This document shows positions 38,978 to 48,946 of a stretch of 52,874 nucleotides of DNA, one piece after another. The notes beneath the pieces are model-generated. The model was not told the origin of the DNA. It did no database searches and saw nothing but the letters and a program-made list of their open reading frames with translations. The stretch spans positions 1 to 52,874 of IMG/VR virus record IMGVR_UViG_3300023284_000636. One strand, written 5' to 3'. The stretch is from a virus. Lineage: Duplodnaviria > Caudoviricetes. A program made the translations under genes and the position numbers. How positions within the stretch are numbered: the stretch's first letter is position 1; every line of letters begins with the position of its first letter.

Positions 38978-39295
38978 ATGAAACCGACTAAACAAGGCGG
39001 TGAAATCCTGGCCATCTATAAGGTGGTCAGGAATTTAAAGTTTAAGCATCTCGGTTGGATTATGAGTGGGAGATTTGTTTGGTGTCGAGCGATATTTGCT
39101 AAGAACTATGTGATCCGCCGTGAACTTGTTAGATGTTTTTCAAAAGGAACTGCGAAGCAAGACGCAGTCAAAGTAAATGCTATTTGGATTGACACAGAGC
39201 CGGAGCCGGGTAAAAAGAAGACTAACGGGAAAATCAACAAAACAAAGGGTCAAAAACAAATCCAAACTTCGAAAAATAAAGCGAGGAAATTATGA
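38978..39295 (+). CDS. Hypothetical head-region protein
   Basis: Position after capsid gene. Confidence 0.5.
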   Translation: MKPTKQGGEILAIYKVVRNLKFKHLGWIMSGRFVWCRAIFAKNYVIRRELVRCFSKGTAKQDAVKVNAIWIDTEPEPGKKKTNGKINKTKGQKQIQTSKNKARKL

Positions 39296-40419
39296 AGTCT
39301 AAACTATTAAACACTTTTATCATTCTGTGCATTTCTACTGTTGCCCTGCTTTTCGCTCATGCGAATATGGCTAAATTGACAGTGGGATTTCTACAGGTTA
39401 CAGGCATTTCGACGTTTACTGGTGCTCAGACTTTTACCGGTCTCACCACGCATGGCGGCAATGTTGTGTCAGATACCGATGGCACAGATGATATTGGAAC
39501 CTCATCGGTAAGATGGAACGCTGGATATTTTGATGAGGTTTTTTGGAATAAAGGTGCCGATGTTGCCAGTGCAGCCGATGGCATGACACTCGGTTCTGAT
39601 GGAAATTATTACGACATAACCGGAACCACAGCTATTGACTCGATTGCCGCACAGACTGTTGGCAAATATGTACTTTTGCAATTTGACGGCGTTTTGACAA
39701 TGACTGACGGCGGAAATCTGAAACTTGAAGGTAATTTTGTTTCCGCAGCCGGTGCAACTTTGACTTTGCAGAGCGATGGAGTTGATTGGTATGAAGCATC
39801 AAGAGCTGGCGCGAATTACAATGTAGCAGGCGCCTTTGATGTCGTAGGTGCAACCACCCTAGCCGCTACAACCATCTCCACTACTTTGGGAGTTACTGGC
39901 GTTTCAACTCTGACTGGGGGTGTGGCATACGCCACGAACGCGCCATTTAACTGGTCAGCTGGGGGTGCGGTTGCCCTAGCGACTGCAGGAACAAATTCAA
40001 CGCCAACAGATGGCCCGAGAATGTGGGTCGAAATATTCATTCCCAGTAACGTGACGCTCACCGGAATCGGCTATTTGGTCGGAACGGTAGGGGGCACTGA
40101 TAGCGTCGTGGTGGAACTTTTCGATTCTGCCGGTGCTGTAGTTGCCAGATCAATTGCCACTGACACTGAGGCCGCTGATTTGGTTGCCACTCTTGCAGAG
40201 TTCCAGAAGGTTAATTTTTCCAGCACCGTTAACGTCACAGCCGGCACTCATTATATATCCGTTCAGTTTAACGGTGGGACTGCTCGAGTAAGAACTTTTG
40301 GAATACCGAACAGCGGATTTGTGGCCAACACTGCGGCCGGCACGTTTAAGACCGCAGCATCGATAACACCAACGACGACCTTTGTCGCTGGTGAGGGGCC
40401 TATCAGCTGGGTCTTTTAG
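39292..40419 (+). CDS. Head/neck fibre-like protein with signal-peptide-like N-terminus
   Basis: Gly/Thr-rich beta segments (DIGTSSVRW, DVASA..GNYYDITGTT); hydrophobic N-terminus ending AHA. Confidence 0.6.
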   Translation: MKSKLLNTFIILCISTVALLFAHANMAKLTVGFLQVTGISTFTGAQTFTGLTTHGGNVVSDTDGTDDIGTSSVRWNAGYFDEVFWNKGADVASAADGMTLGSDGNYYDITGTTAIDSIAAQTVGKYVLLQFDGVLTMTDGGNLKLEGNFVSAAGATLTLQSDGVDWYEASRAGANYNVAGAFDVVGATTLAATTISTTLGVTGVSTLTGGVAYATNAPFNWSAGGAVALATAGTNSTPTDGPRMWVEIFIPSNVTLTGIGYLVGTVGGTDSVVVELFDSAGAVVARSIATDTEAADLVATLAEFQKVNFSSTVNVTAGTHYISVQFNGGTARVRTFGIPNSGFVANTAAGTFKTAASITPTTTFVAGEGPISWVF

Positions 40420-40434
40420 AGGGGAGTAAAATTA

Positions 40435-41442
40435 ATGGGAACACGCCAAGAATGGACTTTCATCGGTGTGATTCTGACCTCGGAAACCCAGATCTTCACC
40501 TGGGCTTCGTTGCAGACAACCCCTGGACCTGACGAAGGGGGCACGATCCCAACGACGTTTGCGAAGGCTCCAGATGTCGAGATCACTAGGTACTTCGGTG
40601 ATGCCAAGTTCTTCATTGAGTCGGGTGCTATAACCACCACCCAAGTCACGATCAAGAATAGTGGATTCAGTGATCCTCTCCCTCAAACATTCACCCTCAA
40701 AGTCGTCTCGAGAGAGACAACGGCACCAGCAGCTGGAGCGCCGGGGACTGCCGTCACCTGGCCATTTTACGCAACTCTCGAAGACGTTAAGGATAAATTA
40801 GTCAGCATTGACAAGTTATTTGATACAAGTGGCAAGCTAACGGACACGGTGCTTCTCAATCAGATTTCGTTAGCCTATGCTGATATCCATGCCGCCGCTG
40901 CTATTGGAGGATATAGCGTCCCTCTTGTTAATTCTGACGTGACTACGCTGAGTGCAGGATCATCGGCGAGTACAGTACCTGTAGCACTAGGAATCACTGA
41001 TATCACGAAGATCGCGGCCGGAGATATCGCGTTCATACACGGCGCAAGCGGTACGGCATACCTGGCTGAGTTCGTGGGCGTGGTCAACGTCGATACAACG
41101 GCCAAGACGGCGGTGGTTATGTTCCTGAGAAACGCCTATGATTCGGGCGTAACTATTGAAAAATGTACAGAGGCATTTAAGACTTTCAGGCAATGCAATG
41201 CGATTGCAGCTGCCATGGGTGCTCTAAACTCGACGACAGTCGGGCAGTCGATCGGGATAAATGCGAAAGTAGCCACCTTTGAGGGATTCCTTGCCAAATG
41301 CCTCAAGGGGCTCATGGAAGGAACTATAGCTATATCCGGCCTGACCAAGAAGACCGGTGCGATCAAGACGTTCCAGACTGAGAACCCGAACGAGATAGAT
41401 GTCAAAGATGGACCTGTCTGGCGTCTGGACATGGCCTCATGA
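40435..41442 (+). CDS. Probable head-tail adaptor
   Basis: YATLEDV..GYSVP pattern as in Mu gp36-like adaptors; position. Confidence 0.55.
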   Translation: MGTRQEWTFIGVILTSETQIFTWASLQTTPGPDEGGTIPTTFAKAPDVEITRYFGDAKFFIESGAITTTQVTIKNSGFSDPLPQTFTLKVVSRETTAPAAGAPGTAVTWPFYATLEDVKDKLVSIDKLFDTSGKLTDTVLLNQISLAYADIHAAAAIGGYSVPLVNSDVTTLSAGSSASTVPVALGITDITKIAAGDIAFIHGASGTAYLAEFVGVVNVDTTAKTAVVMFLRNAYDSGVTIEKCTEAFKTFRQCNAIAAAMGALNSTTVGQSIGINAKVATFEGFLAKCLKGLMEGTIAISGLTKKTGAIKTFQTENPNEIDVKDGPVWRLDMAS

Positions 41443-41611
41443 CGACTGATGGAAAAAGGATCGAATATGCCCCTGACGGACTCAATGACCCGAGAACAAC
41501 CGGAGTCATGAGTGTCGCATTGAGTGAAAATGAAGAGGTGGAATGGCATTGGACTCATGGTAATATGTGTAGTTACGTTTCAGGATATACGATTAAAATT
41601 AAGCCTTTAAG

Positions 41612-42166
41612 ATGCCAGCAGGAATAGTCATAAAATCAAATATTAAACAATGGCAGAAACAGGCCGAACAAGCCGCTGATCAGACCAGTGGTGGAGTTCT
41701 AACCAGAAGAATATCAATTAAAATTTCTAAAAGAATGAGAGATTTCTCAAAACAAGAATTTGTTCTTGGACAGACAGGTGGATGGGAACCGCTGAGTCCA
41801 GAATACGCAAAGCGGAAAGGGACAACTGGAGCCGGAATACTCAGATTGACGGATAGGCTTTTCAAGTCCGTCACGGAAAGAGGAGGAGAGAACATCGCGG
41901 CTATGAGACGCAAGGTAGCTGGTTATGTCTATCGATTCGGTACTAGGGTTCCTTACGGTGAATTTCACCAAGAAGGAGCTGGTAACTTGCCCAAAAGGGA
42001 ATTTCTTAAAGTAGATGAGGGTAGAGAGTTGGTCATTCAGAAGGACATCGGCGAGCTGACTGTTCAACATCTCGCTCGCTTGCCATTTTTTGATAAGCTT
42101 CGAGGCGCTGGGTTCCGGATCTCGGGTTCGATGCCAGGCCAGGCTGTGGGAGTTGCACGTGGCTGA
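41612..42166 (+). CDS. Virion morphogenesis/neck protein (Mu gpG-like)
   Basis: WEPLSP.Y..RK..ILRLTDRL..S..GTRVPYG.FHQ.G...LPKREFL. Confidence 0.8.
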   Translation: MPAGIVIKSNIKQWQKQAEQAADQTSGGVLTRRISIKISKRMRDFSKQEFVLGQTGGWEPLSPEYAKRKGTTGAGILRLTDRLFKSVTERGGENIAAMRRKVAGYVYRFGTRVPYGEFHQEGAGNLPKREFLKVDEGRELVIQKDIGELTVQHLARLPFFDKLRGAGFRISGSMPGQAVGVARG

Positions 42167-42650
42167 TGATTTTCTGACACCGATCATCGACGAGATTGTG
42201 ACCATATTACAGGCCAATCTTCCGGGAGAGATCGACGACCTGGACATCGCCCTCGAGGATGTGCCAAATGAATTTATGCACAAGGCTTTTATGCAAACTA
42301 GATTACAGTTTCCCTCTATGGAGATTTTCCCATCGGGTCAGAGCACATTTGATCCGAACTTCACACACGGGACGATTGACTTCGATTGGAGAATCGCAAC
42401 CGTAATAAATTTGACAGCCAAAGACGAAGAGACAGGTGAACTTGACTCGCGTAAATATATGACGGCCGTCATTAAGAGTATCGAAAAGGGAACCGTAGCA
42501 AATACTCAGACGAGGCTAAACGGAAAAGCAAGATTCGCAGGACCTATAGGAGCTGATTTCGTCAATGGAGGCGTGGCTGGAAATATTCTTTTTTCCATTA
42601 TTATTATTTGGCAAATTGTAAAATCTGAGGATACGCTGGCGGGAGTATGA
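42159..42650 (+). CDS. Probable tail terminator/completion protein
   Basis: Position before tail tube; GTG start with GGGAG RBS. Confidence 0.5.
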   Translation: MADDFLTPIIDEIVTILQANLPGEIDDLDIALEDVPNEFMHKAFMQTRLQFPSMEIFPSGQSTFDPNFTHGTIDFDWRIATVINLTAKDEETGELDSRKYMTAVIKSIEKGTVANTQTRLNGKARFAGPIGADFVNGGVAGNILFSIIIIWQIVKSEDTLAGV

Positions 42651-43330
42651 AACAGGACGACAAAAAAAATGACAAACAGATCGATCCTAAGGTTATGGAA
42701 ATGTTTATGGAGGCTAGGCGGACAGCCCTTCAGGCCCTCAATGATCGATTGAGCAAGGAGGACAACAAATGAATGAAAAGATTGACAAGACGACCGTATT
42801 CAAACCAGGTGATAAAGTTATCGCCCGGGGCACATTCGGTGTGCCGGCTTCACCGAGGCTGTTCAAACCCCTCAAGGATGCCGCTAAAGAATACGAAGAT
42901 TATGCAAAACTTGTTGAGTCTAAAGATGATGGGCTCTCTAAATTTATGTCTAATATGGTATTCTTGCCCTCAGAGGGTGCAGGTCGTTACCGGATAGTTA
43001 AGGGCGAACAGTATGGGATCCTGGTAGAGGGAAAATATGGCGAACTCTTTCATAAACCAAAATCAAAAAAGCAAAATGAGCCAACAGCAGAAACCCAGGC
43101 TGCCACTGCCTAGCTACATCGTGGTCCAGAAAATGAAGCGCAACGGGAAAAAATTCTGGCCGCCCAGGCTGAACGATCACGGTGAATTAGAATACGACAC
43201 AATCCAAATGCCGGCAGCTGAGGCGCAGATCTGGAACCATGTTGGGTGCATAACTGACGAGGAGAAGTTCCTGAATGGGACGCTCGTTCATCCAGACAGT
43301 ATTAGAATATAAAAAAAAGGAGGTAGAACG

Positions 43331-44386
43331 ATGCCGACGACAGTCGCAATTCAGCCGGACGGAGCGGGAACATGGAGAACCGGGGTCGTGTTCGGTGCGA
43401 CCGATGGGATCCTTCCTGAAACAATTTCACCTATTACCTTGCAGGGAGACAAGATACCAATAGAGTCGATTGGTATTAGCGATGTTGAGTTCATGAAGAT
43501 TCTTGCGGTAAACGCTAATCCGACTCTCACGTTTATTATGCGATGGTCTGGCATGTTCTGGGCTTTTCTAGCTCATTGGATGGGAGACGACACGCTGATC
43601 TTTGCGGGCTCGATCGCGACGCACGACATGAACTATCAGACACGAAGCACCCTGAATGCGATTACCATGGGAGCGAGAATCGACGATAACAACAGCAAGA
43701 TTCTCGAGTGGCCTTCGCTCAAACCGCAACAGATAATCATGGCACCAAACTCCGATGGGTTCTGGGAAATGCAAATCGTCTGCATGGGAAACACCATCGA
43801 GGCAAACGCCGACGCGGCAAACGGCTCGACTGAATTTGATGCAGTGACCTATATAACCAAGGCACGAGAATTGTGTGTACGAGCTAACCTCTTTAGAATT
43901 AACACTGGAGCAGGCGGACTCGCATCGCCGACTGACGACAGGAATGTCCAGGACTTAACGATCACGCTCGAGCGTCCCTTGGTGAATGACAGGCCCACCG
44001 AGGGCACTGTGGCCAAAGGCGGCGCCCAGGTACAGATTCCAGAGCCAGTCCAGGATGGGCCGACAATCGTAACGGTAGGGTTTAATGAGCCGGATTTTAT
44101 TGACTTCGCATCCCTTGTTGATGAGTTCAAGGACGATACAGAATTTAAAGCCGATCTGAAATATGCTGAGACGGTGAACTCACTCGCCTATCAGTCCCTT
44201 ATGGAGTTCGCCCTCATGGAATACATGCCACCGGAGGCGAACCTCGATCGTCAGGCTAGAGTGCCATTACAACGTGAGTTTAGATGTATCACGGCACAGG
44301 CCACTCCGACTGGGATGCAGACTGCGAACCCGATTCATGTCGAACTGAAGAATGAAGATAACCTGACTTATGAGACAGGCGTTTAA
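43331..44386 (+). CDS. Probable tail tube protein
   Basis: 351-aa beta-rich protein directly before chaperone and tape measure; strong RBS. Confidence 0.65.
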   Translation: MPTTVAIQPDGAGTWRTGVVFGATDGILPETISPITLQGDKIPIESIGISDVEFMKILAVNANPTLTFIMRWSGMFWAFLAHWMGDDTLIFAGSIATHDMNYQTRSTLNAITMGARIDDNNSKILEWPSLKPQQIIMAPNSDGFWEMQIVCMGNTIEANADAANGSTEFDAVTYITKARELCVRANLFRINTGAGGLASPTDDRNVQDLTITLERPLVNDRPTEGTVAKGGAQVQIPEPVQDGPTIVTVGFNEPDFIDFASLVDEFKDDTEFKADLKYAETVNSLAYQSLMEFALMEYMPPEANLDRQARVPLQREFRCITAQATPTGMQTANPIHVELKNEDNLTYETGV

Positions 44387-44425
44387 AACGTAAAGGAAAA
44401 CTCAAAAAAAAAAGGAGGAAACAAA

Positions 44426-44902
44426 ATGTCTTTTCAACTAGAAAAAGATATTGATTTTGCCTGGGTTTCTGCTGATTTCGGTTCAGGACTTGAAACATAC
44501 AAAATCACACATTACACCATTCCTTTTGTAATCCAACTTTTTAAAAAACATGGTCATCGGAAAAAGAGCAAAAAATATACTAAGAATCAATATGATTTGA
44601 CAGATATCAATGCCCTTGCTATGCGAAAAGAGGCGGTTTGCACAGTACTTCTGGACTGGAAGGAAGGCGTTATATTGGATAAGCACGGCAAACCAGTAAA
44701 GTGCGGGCAAAAAGAAAAAGAGCAACTCATTTTAGATTCCCCGCGTCGTGTTCATTGGATTCTTAAACAAGGTGGAAATCTTGATACATTACTTCCCAAC
44801 CTGGAGCAAGAAGCAAAAAACTCAGGGAGGCCATTGAATACAGAGAACGAAGCATCCGCAACAAAAAGCAATTCCCGAATTGCGGAGAGTGTCTCAAAGT
44901 AA
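44426..44902 (+). CDS. Tail assembly chaperone (gpG-like)
   Basis: LLDW.G motif; GCA AAA AAC slippery site near the 3' end. Confidence 0.75.
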   Translation: MSFQLEKDIDFAWVSADFGSGLETYKITHYTIPFVIQLFKKHGHRKKSKKYTKNQYDLTDINALAMRKEAVCTVLLDWKEGVILDKHGKPVKCGQKEKEQLILDSPRRVHWILKQGGNLDTLLPNLEQEAKNSGRPLNTENEASATKSNSRIAESVSK

Positions 44903-45243
44903 ACGAAAGGAGAGGCATCAAGGTGGAGAGTGTCGACCATGACATCTGCCCGATGCCCGACCTGGTTCGATGGCCACAATTTCGACAGAATTTAATATCG
45001 GAATCAGAGCAGAAAATATTCGATCTAGTCTACGTCGTCGATAGCCATTCAGTCGTCAGTCGGGGGTTACAGGAACTGGCGCTCGATGCGTTTTCCAGTT
45101 CACTCACCCAGGCGGAGGCGAGAATGCTGATCGCGATGTTAGTTCATAAGGATATACTCGCAAACAAAAACCGTCAGACGCAGGCAGATAAGAAAAGCGA
45201 TACCCTGCGCCTGGACAATGATTGGGATTTGAAAGAGGAGTAG
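44815..45243 (+). CDS. -1 frameshift extension of the chaperone (gpGT-like)
   Basis: A_AAA_AAC at 44815-44821; -1 frame open through CGEC..CP into ORF 44923-45243. Confidence 0.8.
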   Translation, partial: KKLREAIEYRERSIRNKKQFPNCGECLKVNERRGIKVESVDHDICPMPDLVRWPQFRQNLISESEQKIFDLVYVVDSHSVVSRGLQELALDAFSSSLTQAEARMLIAMLVHKDILANKNRQTQADKKSDTLRLDNDWDLKEE

Positions 45244-45250
45244 TAATACA

Positions 45251-46906
45251 ATGCCCTTAATAATGCAGCTTGATGCGGACACCAAGAAGGCCACATCAAA
45301 AATCAAAGCAGCATCCAAGTCTGCGGGGGCAAGTATTAAAAAACTCGAAAAAGATTCCGTTAATTCAACTAATAGAATGAGGCAATCATTTGGTGGATTA
45401 ACTGGAAGTATCGGAGCACTTCGAAACAAACTTCTTGTTTTTGGATTTGCAACGGCAGGAACAATAAAATTATTTAAAACTCTTATTGGGGAGAGTTCAG
45501 ATTTAGAAGAATCTATAAATGCTGTAAATGTTGTATTTAAAAATGGCGCTGGTATAATTTTAGATTTCGGGGAAAAGGCAGCTGAATCTGTTGGTCTCGC
45601 GAATTCCGAATTCAATCAACTCGCCACAGAAACGGGCGCACTCCTTGTCAATACCGGAATACCTCTTTCCGAAGTTTCCGATCTTACTATCAAATTAACA
45701 AAAAGAGCAGCAGATTTGGCGTCCGTTTTCAATACAGATGTTAAGCTTGCTTTCTCGGCTATCAATCAAGCTATACGCGGTGAAACTGAAGCAATCAGAA
45801 AATTCTCCGGCGATGTTACAGATGCATCATTGCAAACATTTTTATTTTCAAAGGGGATTAACACGTTGGTTTCTTCTCTGTCCCAAGAAGAAAAACGGCT
45901 TCTTCGTGTTGACTTGCTTTTAGAACAAACCAAAGATACATCGGGAGATTTTTTAAACACTCAAGATTCTTTAGCGAATGCGACAAGGATTCTCGGGGCA
46001 CGAATGTTGGATTTGGCTGCTGATATTGGTGATGGATTTGTTCCTGCAGCTTCTAATGCTGTTGCTATCTTTGGGAAGTTTGTTACTCTTGCTGAAAATT
46101 TTTTAAAATTACAAGAAAAACTTGACAAATTTGCCGGTGGTCCTTTATCAAGTGAAGCTATTGCAAGATTCAAGTTAGTGGAAGAAGGATTTAAGGGGAT
46201 CAGTAATGCTACTCAAGAATTTCTCGATTTAATCAAGGAAGTAGATGCAGCGCAAGCACAATCTCTGACAGAGGCAGGATTGCGTGCTGCTGCATTGAAT
46301 GATGTTACAGAAAATCTACTAAAACTTACGGAGGCGAATAAATTTACGGATTTTATTGATGGTATCGGTCGTTCGTTTGAAGATGATATTTTGCCACCAA
46401 TGGAAGAAACCGTTTCCGCCATAGACAGCATAGGAGATGCTTCTGAAAAATGGGCAAAGAATCAAGCAGCACTTGCTCAAACGATACCAGATCTTCCGGA
46501 TGATATTCAAATAGTAGATGTCGCAATGGAAGCCGCAGCGGATGCTGCTGGGCAGTTTGCACAAAACCTCGCACGCGCACTTGTCACCGGACAGAATCTA
46601 GGAGACGTGATAAAGAGTTTCATTATCAGTCTGGGATTGTCATTCCTTCCAGGTGGAAGTCTCTTTGAAAGATTTGAGCATGGCGGTATCGCGCCTGGCA
46701 ATTTTGTCCCATCAATCGCCGGAGAGGGCGGAGGCGCACCGGAGATCATACAATCGGCGAGCCCGATAAGGGTGACGCCCCTAACCACGAACAACGACAA
46801 TTCCAGGAGAATAATAAACATCAATGTCACGACCACGGATCTGAGCGACTTCGCGCTGAAGAATGACATCATTCCCAGAATAAAAAGACTCGAGCAGGAG
46901 TTCTAA
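45251..46906 (+). CDS. Tape measure protein
   Basis: SDLEES.N.VNVVF, RAADLASVFNT, AIRGETEAIR; Ala-rich helical; C-terminal FEHGG..GE.G.PE. Confidence 0.88.
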   Translation: MPLIMQLDADTKKATSKIKAASKSAGASIKKLEKDSVNSTNRMRQSFGGLTGSIGALRNKLLVFGFATAGTIKLFKTLIGESSDLEESINAVNVVFKNGAGIILDFGEKAAESVGLANSEFNQLATETGALLVNTGIPLSEVSDLTIKLTKRAADLASVFNTDVKLAFSAINQAIRGETEAIRKFSGDVTDASLQTFLFSKGINTLVSSLSQEEKRLLRVDLLLEQTKDTSGDFLNTQDSLANATRILGARMLDLAADIGDGFVPAASNAVAIFGKFVTLAENFLKLQEKLDKFAGGPLSSEAIARFKLVEEGFKGISNATQEFLDLIKEVDAAQAQSLTEAGLRAAALNDVTENLLKLTEANKFTDFIDGIGRSFEDDILPPMEETVSAIDSIGDASEKWAKNQAALAQTIPDLPDDIQIVDVAMEAAADAAGQFAQNLARALVTGQNLGDVIKSFIISLGLSFLPGGSLFERFEHGGIAPGNFVPSIAGEGGGAPEIIQSASPIRVTPLTTNNDNSRRIININVTTTDLSDFALKNDIIPRIKRLEQEF

Positions 46907-48940
46907 ATGAGGACGTTGAGCGCAAATCTTACAACCGAGAACAACAAGGATGCTAATCTGCCGGTCATTGAAGTACAGATAAATGGAGTTACAAATAGAT
47001 ATTCATCCGGGACATTCAGTTCCATAAGTGCAAACCACAAAAAATTAATAAAAGATTTTATCTATACGATGCCACCAGTAGACTTGTTGGACGGACTGCA
47101 ATCGAATCCGCAGTTTAGAGTGGATATAACAGATAAGGATAGAGATCTGACTGGGGATATAAACGCGAACAGCTTTTTCGACCGTCAGGTCACCGCCAGG
47201 TTCGGAGATCAGAATATCGTGATCGGAGACTTCTTCGACTTCCCTAGTTTTAATATCAAGGGAAAACTCGAACTCAGCGAGAAATTCCAGTCATGGATTT
47301 TGACAGGCGTATCAGCTTTTAAATTTCTCAAGCAGGATATATTCAGGGATATCCCTAAGACGACGCTCAGTGGGGACTTTCTCAAGGGCGCTGGCGGCCC
47401 TATCAGCGTGGCATCGTTCACGAGCTTTGTGGACGTTACAAATATGCCGTCGAAAATTGGTGGTATTAGTTTCCTCAAGATCGATAGTGAGATTGTCAAA
47501 TATCTTACTATGACTGGAGGCGAGGCGGATACTATCACCCGAGGCGTGTTTGGGACAGACGATACAGACCACTTTGATGGTGCAGAGGTGTTGCAGTTTT
47601 TTGCTTTTCCTGAACTTTATCCGACTGATTTTTTATTATTTTTGTTGCTTACAACTACAGACGGATCCGGGCATGCCTATTATGATTTGACATCATTCGA
47701 TACGGCGTTTGCCGGTTTCGGTCTTGGGCTTTCGTCGACGGAAGTGAACATAACCTCAATCGAGAGGCTAGGCTATCAATGGTTCTTCCAGGAGGAGGCC
47801 TGTCACTTCCTCGGTAGCTTCAGAACCGAGCAGTCGAAATCCTGGATCAAACGCGAACTCTTGGAGATCGCCAACTTGATCCTATATGTCGATTCCGGCA
47901 ACCAACTGAATGTCGGGATCGTGGACTATCACCAGATGCTCGAGTTCGACGCGACCGGGAACACACTGACGCAGGCCGATATAAAAATAACCAATTACAA
48001 TATAATCCTCGACAGGCTCATAAACGAAATCCGATATGAATATGCGATTGACCCGATCTCTGGGAAGAACGGCCGCTCTATAGAGCTAGAATACGACTCG
48101 AGTACGGCTACGCACGGCGCGGCTGATAAGAGGCATGTTGTCAAGAGCAGACTGTTGGACGATATGGATCCGGCTATAGCTACAAATCCACCCCGAATTG
48201 TCTGGAACACGGCCCGCAGGCTTTTCTTTATGTTCGGGAATCCTGTTGCGGAGATAGAGTTCGAATCTCAGCCGCCAAACTGGCTGTTCGAGCCGATTGC
48301 AGATTCAGTTACGGTAAGCAATACTAAGATCCCAGATATAGAAAACGATGGCGAAGGAATATCGAATCAATATGTGATCACCGGGCAGACTATAAAACCG
48401 ATATCCGATCCGCGTAGTTTCAAATACAATGCTCTGAGCCCAGAACCCTACAATATCGCCGTAGCTATTGCCAGAACTTTTACAGTAGTCACAGAAGGAA
48501 GCATTACTGACACATCAATTGTTTTTCGCAGTGGGGCGGATCTGCTTCAGAACGCTAGCGATGGCAACCACACCTTTGCAGGGGACGTAACGGCGCCTCT
48601 GCTTTACTATGATATCAAGGTGACGCCTCCAAACACAGGAACAACAGAACATTGGATTTCCCTAAGATTTAAACTGTTTACCTCTTTTCCTCTTTTTACG
48701 GGTGCTGTAGTTGATAAAGTAAAAATTCTTAGATACAATTCTGGTGATAGTGCAGCTTTTACAGCTAGAATTATGGCTATAAACAATGATACAACCTTTT
48801 TGGGATTAAGCATTTTTAGAAGCGCTTATGTGCAATGGTTTTTCGCAAACGCATCGGCGGGTTCGGGAGAGAGGCCATCTAGTGTTGAATTAGTAGAATT
48901 TGGATTTGTGAATATACTTGCAACTTTCAGCGAGGTTTAA
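46907..48940 (+). CDS. Tail tip/hub protein
   Basis: Position; LKIDSEIVKY..ITRGVFGT..H..GAEV motif. Confidence 0.65.
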   Translation: MRTLSANLTTENNKDANLPVIEVQINGVTNRYSSGTFSSISANHKKLIKDFIYTMPPVDLLDGLQSNPQFRVDITDKDRDLTGDINANSFFDRQVTARFGDQNIVIGDFFDFPSFNIKGKLELSEKFQSWILTGVSAFKFLKQDIFRDIPKTTLSGDFLKGAGGPISVASFTSFVDVTNMPSKIGGISFLKIDSEIVKYLTMTGGEADTITRGVFGTDDTDHFDGAEVLQFFAFPELYPTDFLLFLLLTTTDGSGHAYYDLTSFDTAFAGFGLGLSSTEVNITSIERLGYQWFFQEEACHFLGSFRTEQSKSWIKRELLEIANLILYVDSGNQLNVGIVDYHQMLEFDATGNTLTQADIKITNYNIILDRLINEIRYEYAIDPISGKNGRSIELEYDSSTATHGAADKRHVVKSRLLDDMDPAIATNPPRIVWNTARRLFFMFGNPVAEIEFESQPPNWLFEPIADSVTVSNTKIPDIENDGEGISNQYVITGQTIKPISDPRSFKYNALSPEPYNIAVAIARTFTVVTEGSITDTSIVFRSGADLLQNASDGNHTFAGDVTAPLLYYDIKVTPPNTGTTEHWISLRFKLFTSFPLFTGAVVDKVKILRYNSGDSAAFTARIMAINNDTTFLGLSIFRSAYVQWFFANASAGSGERPSSVELVEFGFVNILATFSEV

Positions 48941-48946
48941 TTTATA

